Of a stretch of DNA of 64,000 nucleotides, positions 9,755-17,628 are shown in pieces. Source of the stretch: a virus; IMG/VR virus record IMGVR_UViG_3300024181_000004, positions 2,329 through 66,328 of that record; one strand, written 5' to 3'. The translations under genes and the position numbers were made by a program. The notes under the pieces were generated by a model. That model saw only the letters and a program-made list of their open reading frames with translations. It was not told the origin of the DNA and did not search any database. Within the stretch, counting starts at the first letter, position 1; each line of letters opens with the position of its first letter.

Positions 9755-10516
9755 TTACTGTTTCTGCGCCGAGATGTGGGAGAAGTCCTTCACCTCGGAT
9801 ACCGTTGCGTTGCTTGTGTTCTGCGCAAATTGGATGACGAACGTGCCGCCGCCAGCGGCATCGACGATCAACATCCCGTCGATGCAAACCTCCCACAGCA
9901 CAGGGCTCCCGAGAAGTTCGTCGTACCCCACCAGCGGTGTGGCAGGAAAGGCGCTCGTGATGTCGTGCGCCACCGTCACTAGGTTGACGACGGAGTTGAT
10001 CTTGCAATTGAAGGTGGCGTCAGTCAGCGTTGCGGTTCCGGCGAGTCCGATCTTGAGACCGCCCGATCCGGCGAACACGTAGATCCGCCCATAGAGCGTG
10101 TAGGACTCTCCGGCGTCGAGGTCGATGGACAGACCTGGCACATCCGCGAGCGTCGTGTCGCTCGTCTTGTCGAACGGGGCAGTGGTGTGACCCGTCAGCG
10201 GGCGAAGGTCGAGTAGATCCTTCTCGGACACGCCCTGGATGATCCGGTACGTCTTGCCGCCGGTATTGTGGTCGGCGGCCGTCGTGCTTTCCTGAGCCCT
10301 CGTGATCGTGAGCACGTCGCCGGCGATGTTCGTGACGCGCACGATCTCTCGGTCCGGGTCCAGGCTCGCGCGCGCGTAGTCGGTCGAGTTCCAGATCGTC
10401 GCGTTCTTCGGGAACGAGAAGCGCGCGCCGTCGCCGGTGGCCACGGTCAGCGAGGTGGCGACCGAGGAGATGCCCGAAGCGAGGGTCGATTCGGCGAAGT
10501 TTTTGACCGGATCCAT
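9755..10516 (-). CDS. Virion structural protein (two-domain, fibre/collar-like)
   Basis: N-terminal STLASGISSVATSLTV...EIVRVT...LTITRAQEST domain typical of phage structural proteins; C-terminal beta domain similar to 12737-13381. Confidence 0.55.
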   Translation of the reverse strand: MDPVKNFAESTLASGISSVATSLTVATGDGARFSFPKNATIWNSTDYARASLDPDREIVRVTNIAGDVLTITRAQESTTAADHNTGGKTYRIIQGVSEKDLLDLRPLTGHTTAPFDKTSDTTLADVPGLSIDLDAGESYTLYGRIYVFAGSGGLKIGLAGTATLTDATFNCKINSVVNLVTVAHDITSAFPATPLVGYDELLGSPVLWEVCIDGMLIVDAAGGGTFVIQFAQNTSNATVSEVKDFSHISAQKQ

Positions 10517-10528
10517 ATGTCTCTCCTC

Positions 10529-10921
10529 TTAGAGTGTGAAAACGCGATCGGCGCCACTGTCGATGGCCTCGACGACCGAAGCCGCGGAGATCAGCGATCC
10601 CGCTGGGGTGTCGGGGTTGAAGTAAACCAGCGGCGAGATGTTCTCGATGCCTTCGTCGATGCCGATCCAGAAACCGGCGAAGCCGCCAGTTATCGACGGC
10701 CAGGTGATGTCGTCGCAGTCAAGGGTGCCTTCATTCGGCTGGTCGGCCGTCACGCCGGTGAGCACTACGCTCGCCTTGACCTCGCTGCCCAAGTCGGAGA
10801 CGAACTTGTGCGCGACGGAGAAGACGTAGGTGTTCTTCATCAGGTAGGCGGTCGCCGTGCCGAGCGCGAGCAGCGCATCGAGCATGAGCTTCTTCGAATG
10901 CTTGGTGAGCGAGGCGGCCAT
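10529..10921 (-). CDS. Hypothetical virion structural protein
   Basis: 130 aa, coupled within the head-tail operon. Confidence 0.55.
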   Translation of the reverse strand: MAASLTKHSKKLMLDALLALGTATAYLMKNTYVFSVAHKFVSDLGSEVKASVVLTGVTADQPNEGTLDCDDITWPSITGGFAGFWIGIDEGIENISPLVYFNPDTPAGSLISAASVVEAIDSGADRVFTL

Positions 10922-10930
10922 GGTCGTCTC

Positions 10931-11515
10931 CTATTTGCGGTAGCGGCGGAGCGCCTGTTTGAACTCCGCCAGCGCTGGATCGTCAGTCCTGTTGATGGTG
11001 AGATCGCCCTGCGAGAACGACGAGGCGCCGAGCGTCGCGTCGGGACCGAGCCGGAATCGGCTGATGACGAGGTTGATCATCTTTCCGCGCAGGTCTTCCG
11101 GCACGCGCGGAACGTGCGCCGAGTCGGTATCTGCGGCGGGGTAGAAGCCGCCGACGTAGGTCACGCGCGCGGCGCGCTGCTGCTCGAGGAAGCGGCCCGC
11201 GGTCCACGTCAGTTTCGGATCGTCGTCCTCGGGAACCTCGTTCCAGATGAACTCCGCGACGTCGATCACCGTGCCGCCCGTGTCGCTGGGCGCGGAGTAG
11301 ACGATCACCTCGCTGACGCTGATGATCGGCGGCTCGCGGAGGAACAGGAAGTCGATGCCGTAGCCGCGGACAAATTCGGCGCGCTCTTTGCGCTCGAACG
11401 TTCTGCCGACGCCTCGCGCCTCGGCGTTCGCCCCGTTGACCAGGTTGACAAGGAACGCGTCGCTGGCGCCGGCGCCGAGGATCGTGGCGACTTCGGCCGT
11501 GGTGATGAGATCCAT
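10931..11515 (-). CDS. Head-tail adaptor (SPP1 gp15/HK97 gp6-like)
   Basis: LITTAEVATILG N-terminus, RVTYVGGF, VPEDLR motifs. Confidence 0.8.
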   Translation of the reverse strand: MDLITTAEVATILGAGASDAFLVNLVNGANAEARGVGRTFERKERAEFVRGYGIDFLFLREPPIISVSEVIVYSAPSDTGGTVIDVAEFIWNEVPEDDDPKLTWTAGRFLEQQRAARVTYVGGFYPAADTDSAHVPRVPEDLRGKMINLVISRFRLGPDATLGASSFSQGDLTINRTDDPALAEFKQALRRYRK

Positions 11516-11601
11516 AGGCGTGCGCTCCTGGAGGAATCCGGGGCGAAGGCAAATTCTGGACGACCGGCTGGCAACCGTTAGATGCTACAAGGCGCGCCCC
11601 G

Positions 11602-11790
11602 CTACGATTTTCGGCGCTTAAGGAACGGAACCTGACGACCGGCTTGCTTGAGTTCCTGCGCTGCAATCGGCCGCAGCCGCAATCGAAGCCATGTGGACAA
11701 CGATAGGCCGGCCAGGGACGCCGCCTCGTTAAATGCAGCCTTTTCTTCGGGTTCCAGACGCACTTCGGTCCTGTCATTTTTCGGTGACAT
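11602..11790 (-). CDS. Ribbon-helix-helix regulator (DUF1778-like)
   Basis: 62 aa; RTEVRLEPEEKAAFNEAASLAGLSLSTWLR pattern. Confidence 0.75.
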   Translation of the reverse strand: MSPKNDRTEVRLEPEEKAAFNEAASLAGLSLSTWLRLRLRPIAAQELKQAGRQVPFLKRRKS

Positions 11791-11793
11791 GCG

Positions 11794-11808
11794 CCGTACA
11801 TTGTACGG
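11794..11808. promoter_or_regulatory. Palindromic operator copy 1 (CCGTACA-T-TGTACGG) overlapping leftward -10 TACAAT
   Basis: Perfect 7-1-7 inverted repeat; on the - strand TTGCGG-N18-TACAAT ends 9 nt before the ATG at 11790. Confidence 0.7.
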
Positions 11809-11854
11809 TTAGGCGCTAGGCCGCCGCAAGAACATTGACGCGCCCGTACATGTG

Positions 11855-11869
11855 CCGTACATTGTACGG
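11855..11869. promoter_or_regulatory. Palindromic operator copy 2 overlapping rightward -10 TACATT
   Basis: Identical to copy 1 (17-bp direct repeat 11793-11809 / 11854-11870); TTGACG 11836-11841, TACATT 11858-11863, ATG at 11871. Confidence 0.7.
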
Positions 11870-11870
11870 T

Positions 11871-12215
11871 ATGACAATCGCCAACCGCCTTCGTCTCTGT
11901 GTCGTCGCGGCCGCGGCCTTCCTGACGCCAGGAGTCGCTGCGGCCGATCTCTGCGCCGAGGCGACATCCTGTCGCTGCGGCATTCGGATCGTCTCGTACC
12001 GCATCTTCGGCCAGCCCGGCCAAGAGATCACCTACGACGGCGACCGCTTCGTGATCCCGCGCGCGGGCGTGATCGAGTTGATCGCGGACCGTCGTGAGAA
12101 TGAACTTCTCGTCGGTGAGTCGCGCATCATCCTGAAGCGTGATGAACGGGCGATGACCGAGTGCGACCAGTTCGCCGCGTGCCGCGTATCGCTGATACTG
12201 GAGGGTAGGCCGTGA
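11871..12215 (+). CDS. Secreted Cys-containing moron protein
   Basis: Signal-peptide-like N-terminus ending VAAA; opposite strand to the late operon. Confidence 0.6.
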   Translation: MTIANRLRLCVVAAAAFLTPGVAAADLCAEATSCRCGIRIVSYRIFGQPGQEITYDGDRFVIPRAGVIELIADRRENELLVGESRIILKRDERAMTECDQFAACRVSLILEGRP

Positions 12216-12367
12216 AGAAACCGCAAGGCGTCGGATACCTCTGGATCGGCATCGCCCTTCTTGTAGGTCTCGCGCTCGTCTATTTCGTCGTATCCGCCGC
12301 GATCACGGCCGACACAGCGACGACTCGCACATCGATTGCCAGCCCGTCACGCGCTACTCCGGCGTGA
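12212..12367 (+). CDS. Small single-pass membrane protein (51 aa)
   Basis: Hand-translated from GTG 12212 (GTGA overlap): MKKPQGVGYLWIGIALLVGLALVYFVVSAA... Confidence 0.5.
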   Translation: MKKPQGVGYLWIGIALLVGLALVYFVVSAAITADTATTRTSIASPSRATPA

Positions 12368-12722
12368 CGTTCGTGATCTTCCCGTTCGCGACCAGCCATG
12401 ACGTCACCCGCTGCCGGAACTTCTTCGCCGCTGTTCCGGTCTCACCACCGACCGGAGATTCGATCGTCGTCAAGAAGGAAGTGAGTTCAGCGCCAGTCAG
12501 CAAGATAATCGACGTCTGGACGATGTTCACGCCCCCGGCATCGAAGTAGTAGACGGTGATCGATGCGCCCGCGACGTCGTTTCCTGCGCCGTTGCTCATG
12601 TTGAGCGACGCGATCTTCCAGGAGGCGGGCGCGATGTTCGCTGGCGTCGTAACGGTGCCGTCGGGCCGAGCCGACGTGACGGCGAAGAGGAACAGCAGGG
12701 CAACAAAGAGAGAGCGTTTCAT
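12354..12722 (-). CDS. Signal-peptide-bearing hypothetical protein
   Basis: Real start ATG 12722: MKRSLFVALLFLFAVTSA. Confidence 0.65.
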   Translation of the reverse strand: MKRSLFVALLFLFAVTSARPDGTVTTPANIAPASWKIASLNMSNGAGNDVAGASITVYYFDAGGVNIVQTSIILLTGAELTSFLTTIESPVGGETGTAAKKFRQRVTSWLVANGKITNVTPE

Positions 12723-12736
12723 CGACAGCCTCCGGT

Positions 12737-13381
12737 TCAGATGATCCGTGCTTTGAGGTAGGAGTTGATGAATACGGTAGACGTCCCTGACGTCACCTTC
12801 AGATGTTGGATCGTGAGGTTCCCGGCATTCGCGCCGACGGCGATGACGCCCTTGATGAGGATGCCGCCGGTAGCGCCAGAGGTTAGGAACGCGGCCGTCG
12901 CCGTGTTGAGTGCCGAGACACGGACGGTCTGCGCGGACGTGGCGAGCAATGTACCAGTGCACTGCGATTCGACTGTCGCGCCGGCCGCGGAGAACTGCAC
13001 TCCGTACTCCGTCCCTGCCGACGACGAGGACTGAACCGAAAGCGTGGCCTCAAATTCGTAGGTGGTATTCGCAGCCAACGGGATCGACAGGCCGGTGATG
13101 TTGACGAGCGCCTGGCCTGTTGTGGTCGCGTTCGATCCGCTCACCCGAACCGTGGTGTAGAAGTCGGTCGGCGCGGCCCCGGCTGCCGGAATCTCCACCA
13201 ACAACTTGACCCAGTTATCTGCTGTCGGGCAGTACCAGAACGTCTTATCTGATGTGCGGTAGAAGAACTCCGGCGGGCTATACAAAGCGATCGGAGTGCA
13301 CGTTGCCGGAAGAGAGATTCCGCTCGCTCCGAAAGCGAATGGAGCGACGAGGATGGCGATGACTGCGAATGCGTAGCGCAT
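12737..13381 (-). CDS. Signal-peptide-bearing beta-rich protein
   Basis: MRYAFAVIAILVAPFAFGA; C-terminal domain similar to 9755-10516. Confidence 0.7.
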   Translation of the reverse strand: MRYAFAVIAILVAPFAFGASGISLPATCTPIALYSPPEFFYRTSDKTFWYCPTADNWVKLLVEIPAAGAAPTDFYTTVRVSGSNATTTGQALVNITGLSIPLAANTTYEFEATLSVQSSSSAGTEYGVQFSAAGATVESQCTGTLLATSAQTVRVSALNTATAAFLTSGATGGILIKGVIAVGANAGNLTIQHLKVTSGTSTVFINSYLKARII

Positions 13382-13384
13382 GAA

Positions 13385-15493
13385 TTAGCTCGTAGGTGCG
13401 ACGAACGTTGTTGCGAAGACCGAGCATCTGATCACGCCGGCCCCTGGAGTGCCGGTGGTGGTGATGCGCAACTTCGCTGCGCTCGTCTGTCTCGGCCCTG
13501 ATGTTCCGGTCTGGTCGACGTGCGCCAATCCGACGCTAGTTGTGCCGCTGGTGAGCGTCGAATTCGCGGCGGCGAAACGAGCTGCGATCGTTCCGTCACC
13601 GACCGACCAATTCGTAGCCGTGGTGATGGTTGTGGTGATGCGGCAGGTCACCGAATCGATGACGCTGTCCGCCGGCAGCAGATTCGCGGAGCTGTCCGTC
13701 GTCGTGCCTGAGGTCGAAAGCGTGATCAGTTCAGAGTTGACGACGAGCTTCCGTTGTGCGCCGTTGGAGACGGTCACTTGGTCATACTCGGCCGACTGTA
13801 ACGTTCCGGCGGTGCTTGCACCCGCGCCGGTGCCGACGCCCACAACTCCGGCCGCGACTTCAGACAGTCCAGTCCTAGCAACCTGACCGACTGTTCCGTT
13901 GCCGGTCCAGCCGACAACGGGAGCATGCGTTGTTAGGAGTAGTCCCAGGGTGCCGTGAAATTCAAGAACGTCGTTAGAGCTGGCCACTAGGTCGATTGTT
14001 CCAGAGCGAACCCATAACCCATTCGTAGAGCCGGAACCCAACATAAGCGACGGAGCTGCGTTTGAACCGTTGATCGGCACAATTACCGAGCCGGTACCCT
14101 TCGGCACGAGGGAGATTGATTCGTTGGTTCCTCCTAGCGCCGTGAGCGTGACTCCGGAGCCGGACGCGTTGCCTTTGATCTCCAGCCCCGTGGCCTGAGA
14201 CGCCACGTTGTCAACGACGCGGAGCACCGGGCTGGTGCTACCCGCTGGGCCAACTTCAAGACCTGCAGCGCTCGCGTCGGTGATGACGAGGCCAGTACCT
14301 GTGCCCTCTCCAATCGGCACGTTTGTGATGGCCGATAGAACACCGGATGTGAGCGACGCGACGCCTGTACCGGTGGCGCGTTTGCCGGTCTTGCCAGCCG
14401 TGCCCGAGAACAGCACGACTTCGCTATCGACTGACGTGGAAGTGTTGGAGGAGAAATCGCCAGCCGCCGCTGGCGTAGCTGATGTCCACGTCGTCCCGTT
14501 GCTGGTCAGGACGTTTCCGGACGTACCAGGCGCCACGAATGACGGCGCGGAGGTACCGTTGCCGAGGATAACGTTGTTCGTCGTGAGCGTGGCCAGACCC
14601 GTCCCGCCCTGCGCAACCGTCACGGCCGCGTTGTCGGTGAGGATCGTGGCGTTCGCGTTCGGGAGCGTGAACGTCTTGAGCGATGACGCCGGCCCACTGA
14701 AGGCCATGAAGCCGTTCGCCGTACCGCCGTTCGCGCCCGGCAGGATGCCGGAGACCGCAGCGGTGAGTGACACCCCAGCGCACGTAAACGCCCATGCGGT
14801 CGACTGGGACTGCGCGAAGGTATTGGCGCCGCATGCCGTAGGGGTGTGATCGGCGGCGGAAGACGTCGCCGCGTTGCCGGTCGTCGATCCAGAGGAGCCA
14901 GACACGTTGCCCGTGACGTTGCCGATCACGTCGCCGTTGAACTTCCCCGTCTTGTCGAAGAAGGTGAGAACACCGTTCGCCTCGTCCTGTAGGTCGAGGA
15001 AGTGCGAGGTCTGCGCAGCCGATAGGCGGCGGAACGTCGCGGTCACGAGATCGGTCACCGGCTGAACGGTGATGATCTTGAAGCTCGGAGAGAGCGTGAA
15101 GTTCGTGATCGTCGTGGTGGTAACGAGCGAGGCCGCGTCCGTCAGGTCCGTCGACGCGGCGCCGGCCGAAAGCACGCCCGACGCGAGTTTCGCGATGCCG
15201 CTGCCTGTCGCCCGCTTGATGTGTTTGCCGTCGGTGCCGGACCAGAGAACGACCTCATTGTTAACCGATGACGCCTGCCCGACGACATCGCCCGATCCGC
15301 CGCCACCGCTCAGCGCCTGGTAGTTGGTCCCGTCGCAGATGTAGAGCGCGTGGTTGTACATCACCACGGGCTGACCAATGCGGCACGCTCCTGGAGTACT
15401 CGACATGGCAACGATGCCATACGGCTTGTTGCTGGCTGTCTGCGCGGCGAGGGACGGGCAGAGGAGTAGCGCGATGATGATCAGTTTCTTCAT
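13385..15493 (-). CDS. Fibre/adhesin-like protein with signal peptide (702 aa)
   Basis: MKKLIIIALLLCPSLAAQ; Gly/Ser/Thr-rich; fibre motifs VTVAQGGTG and GTSGNVLTSNGT; internal ~43-aa repeat. Confidence 0.7.
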   Translation of the reverse strand: MKKLIIIALLLCPSLAAQTASNKPYGIVAMSSTPGACRIGQPVVMYNHALYICDGTNYQALSGGGGSGDVVGQASSVNNEVVLWSGTDGKHIKRATGSGIAKLASGVLSAGAASTDLTDAASLVTTTTITNFTLSPSFKIITVQPVTDLVTATFRRLSAAQTSHFLDLQDEANGVLTFFDKTGKFNGDVIGNVTGNVSGSSGSTTGNAATSSAADHTPTACGANTFAQSQSTAWAFTCAGVSLTAAVSGILPGANGGTANGFMAFSGPASSLKTFTLPNANATILTDNAAVTVAQGGTGLATLTTNNVILGNGTSAPSFVAPGTSGNVLTSNGTTWTSATPAAAGDFSSNTSTSVDSEVVLFSGTAGKTGKRATGTGVASLTSGVLSAITNVPIGEGTGTGLVITDASAAGLEVGPAGSTSPVLRVVDNVASQATGLEIKGNASGSGVTLTALGGTNESISLVPKGTGSVIVPINGSNAAPSLMLGSGSTNGLWVRSGTIDLVASSNDVLEFHGTLGLLLTTHAPVVGWTGNGTVGQVARTGLSEVAAGVVGVGTGAGASTAGTLQSAEYDQVTVSNGAQRKLVVNSELITLSTSGTTTDSSANLLPADSVIDSVTCRITTTITTATNWSVGDGTIAARFAAANSTLTSGTTSVGLAHVDQTGTSGPRQTSAAKLRITTTGTPGAGVIRCSVFATTFVAPTS

Positions 15494-16176
15494 GGCTTGA
15501 ACACCGTCACGATGCCGATCGCAAATTCGGGATTGGTTCCGCCGAGAGTCAACTTGTAGCGTCCCGAGATGCCGAGTCTGTCGAAGTACCCGGCCTCGAT
15601 GCCCACCGCCGTGTTCTGGGTAAAGGTGGCGCCAATGCTGTACGGCTCCACGCCATCGATGCTGGCTTCGAACTCGACATCAAGGGTTGGCAGGGTTCCC
15701 GCGGGACCGGCGAGCGGCGTCGACGTCATGGCCGTCACCACTCCGGTGCCGTCGTTGCCGGCGGCCAGGATCACAGAGACGAGCGCCGAGGCCTCCGGGC
15801 TGGCCTCGATTGCCGCCTTCACCTCGCTTGCTTTACTGATGATGGCCGATGCCGCGCGCGCGAGCGTGACGGTGATGTCCGTGTCGACCACTTCCACCGA
15901 AAGCGATGATGTCGCGCCGCCGGGGTCGACGAAGGTGATCGTGATGTTCTGATCACCCGATAGCCGCGCGAAGAAGGTCAGGTCGTTGTTGGTGCCGGCG
16001 AGGTTGGTGGTCAGGTACTCGAAGACGGAGAGGACGGAGATCAACTCTCGTGGCTCTTCGGTGCTGAACCACGGCAGCGTCTCGCTCGCGCCGATGAGGC
16101 GCGGACCTACCTGCGCCCCGGCGATGCGGATGGGCTCCTGATAGTTGGCGCGATTCTCGTTCGGCTTGAAGCCCAT
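15490..16176 (-). CDS. Capsid decoration-like protein, paralog B
   Basis: Co-linear similarity to 16826-17515 (NNDL.F.AR, NDGTGVVTA, PTLDV); head module. Confidence 0.6.
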   Translation of the reverse strand: MGFKPNENRANYQEPIRIAGAQVGPRLIGASETLPWFSTEEPRELISVLSVFEYLTTNLAGTNNDLTFFARLSGDQNITITFVDPGGATSSLSVEVVDTDITVTLARAASAIISKASEVKAAIEASPEASALVSVILAAGNDGTGVVTAMTSTPLAGPAGTLPTLDVEFEASIDGVEPYSIGATFTQNTAVGIEAGYFDRLGISGRYKLTLGGTNPEFAIGIVTVFKP

Positions 16177-16179
16177 GGC

Positions 16180-16374
16180 TCACCTCTCTCCGTTACTCTT
16201 CGGGCGACGCTTCTTCTTCGGTTCTGCGGCGCTGTCGCTCAGGTCCGGGCAGCCTTCCGGCGCTGACACCTGGTCGTCGACGCGCTGGATATCGCCGTCG
16301 ACGTCGCGCGCGCGAATTTGCCTGTCGCCCGGGCGGATCATGCGGTCGCGTTCTGCGGGGATTCGTCGAAACAT
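16180..16374 (-). CDS. Small hypothetical protein
   Basis: ATG 16374 fills the gap in the operon; basic C-terminus. Confidence 0.35.
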   Translation of the reverse strand: MFRRIPAERDRMIRPGDRQIRARDVDGDIQRVDDQVSAPEGCPDLSDSAAEPKKKRRPKSNGER

Positions 16375-16384
16375 TGGTCGCCGC

Positions 16385-16810
16385 CTAATGGTTCTTCTGC
16401 GTGCGGTGCGCGTCGCGCGCGGCCGCGGTGGGGAAGTGCTTTCGTCCGACGCTGAACTTGCAGCCGTCGGCAGGACAGTGGAATGGGCCCGCATCCGGCG
16501 GGCGCGGCGACGCCTCATCCGGTCGCGTTGCGCTGGCAGCAGGTGGAACTTCCGTGGAGATGGGCGACGCGTCAGCCGGCGGCGGGGCGTCGAGGGTCGC
16601 GTCGCTCGGTACCTGTACGGTCTGTGGTGGCACTTCCTCCGTGACCGACGGAGGCGCCGAAGGTGTGACCTCCGGCGCCTCAGATGGGATGTCGATTCGC
16701 CGCCCGTACTTGCCGAGCGCGCGCATGTCGGCCTCCGACAGATCGTCGTAGACCCCGGGCGCTCGCAGGTAGCCGTAGTGAACCGTGGCGTTCAACTCGA
16801 ATGCGGGCAT
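16385..16810 (-). CDS. Pro-rich head-module protein with C-terminal C2H2-like zinc finger
   Basis: CPADGC-x8-F-x6-H-x4-H near the C-terminus. Confidence 0.55.
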   Translation of the reverse strand: MPAFELNATVHYGYLRAPGVYDDLSEADMRALGKYGRRIDIPSEAPEVTPSAPPSVTEEVPPQTVQVPSDATLDAPPPADASPISTEVPPAASATRPDEASPRPPDAGPFHCPADGCKFSVGRKHFPTAAARDAHRTQKNH

Positions 16811-16825
16811 GGGCGGCGTCTCACG

Positions 16826-17515
16826 TTACGCGTTCGGACGGTAGACGGCGTCGATGGCCACCGCGAACTCCGCGGTGCCGGTGATGGTGAGGACCCAGCG
16901 GCCCTTCATCGTGACGCCCGTGAACAGCTTGCCCTCCACTCCGACGGTCGTCTTCTGCGCGAAGGACGCGACGTCGAAGTAGTTCACCCCGCCGTCGGTC
17001 GAGCACTGGAGTTTGACGTCGAGAGTGGGGTTGGTGCCGGCCACGGCCGCGAGGGTCGCCTGCGACAGCGCGGTGACGACGCCGGTGCCGTCGTTGGACG
17101 GCGCGAGGGCCACGGCCACCAGAGCGTTCGCCTCGGCGTTGGCCTCGATCGCGGCCTTGATCTGCGCAGCGGTCGTGGTGATCGCGCCGGCCACGCCGGT
17201 GGCCAGGTTGACGGTGATGTCCTGGCCCGAGACGACGATGCCGAGCGCAGCGTTGTTCGCCGACGGATCGACGTACGCGATGCGCACGGTCGGCGTCGAG
17301 CCGGCCACGCGGGCCATGAAGACGAGGTCGTTGTTCGAGCCGCTGAGCGCGGTCTTGAGCAACTCGCTGACCTTGAGCGTCGCGATCAGCTCGCGCGCGC
17401 TCTCGAAATCGAACGCCGTGTGCGTTTCGGTCGCGGTCATGTACTGGAACGCGATCTGCGCATCCGGCAGCGTGATCGGATCGGGGTAGAAGGTGTGATT
17501 CTTGTCGTACGGCAT
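16826..17515 (-). CDS. Capsid decoration-like protein, paralog A
   Basis: Immediately after the capsid gene; PTLDVKLQCSTDGG beta-sandwich pattern. Confidence 0.65.
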   Translation of the reverse strand: MPYDKNHTFYPDPITLPDAQIAFQYMTATETHTAFDFESARELIATLKVSELLKTALSGSNNDLVFMARVAGSTPTVRIAYVDPSANNAALGIVVSGQDITVNLATGVAGAITTTAAQIKAAIEANAEANALVAVALAPSNDGTGVVTALSQATLAAVAGTNPTLDVKLQCSTDGGVNYFDVASFAQKTTVGVEGKLFTGVTMKGRWVLTITGTAEFAVAIDAVYRPNA

Positions 17516-17552
17516 CGAGTCCTCCGTTGCCGATGAGGGTGGAAGGCGAGGC

Positions 17553-17586
17553 GAGATGGCGCCGGCACGTAGCCATGCGCCATCTC
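17553..17586. other. Intergenic stem-loop after the major capsid gene
   Basis: Perfect 10-bp inverted repeat GAGATGGCGC/GCGCCATCTC; no U-tract on the - strand. Confidence 0.5.
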
Positions 17587-17628
17587 ACGAGAGAGTGAAC
17601 GTCAGGCGAATGGTCGAGACGGGGAGGC

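Noticed and set aside
11602-12367. Type II toxin-antitoxin pair (DUF1778 antitoxin plus GNAT toxin)
   Set aside because: No adjacent GNAT or other toxin; neighbours are exported or membrane proteins on the opposite strand
13385-15493. Diversity-generating retroelement or invertible fibre cassette
   Set aside because: No reverse transcriptase or invertase recognised; the internal repeat is a diverged protein repeat without adenine-specific differences
15490-17515. Contractile tail sheath (myovirus morphology)
   Set aside because: Only a short sheath-like segment within ~230-aa head-module proteins; tail genes are siphovirus-type with no baseplate wedge genes
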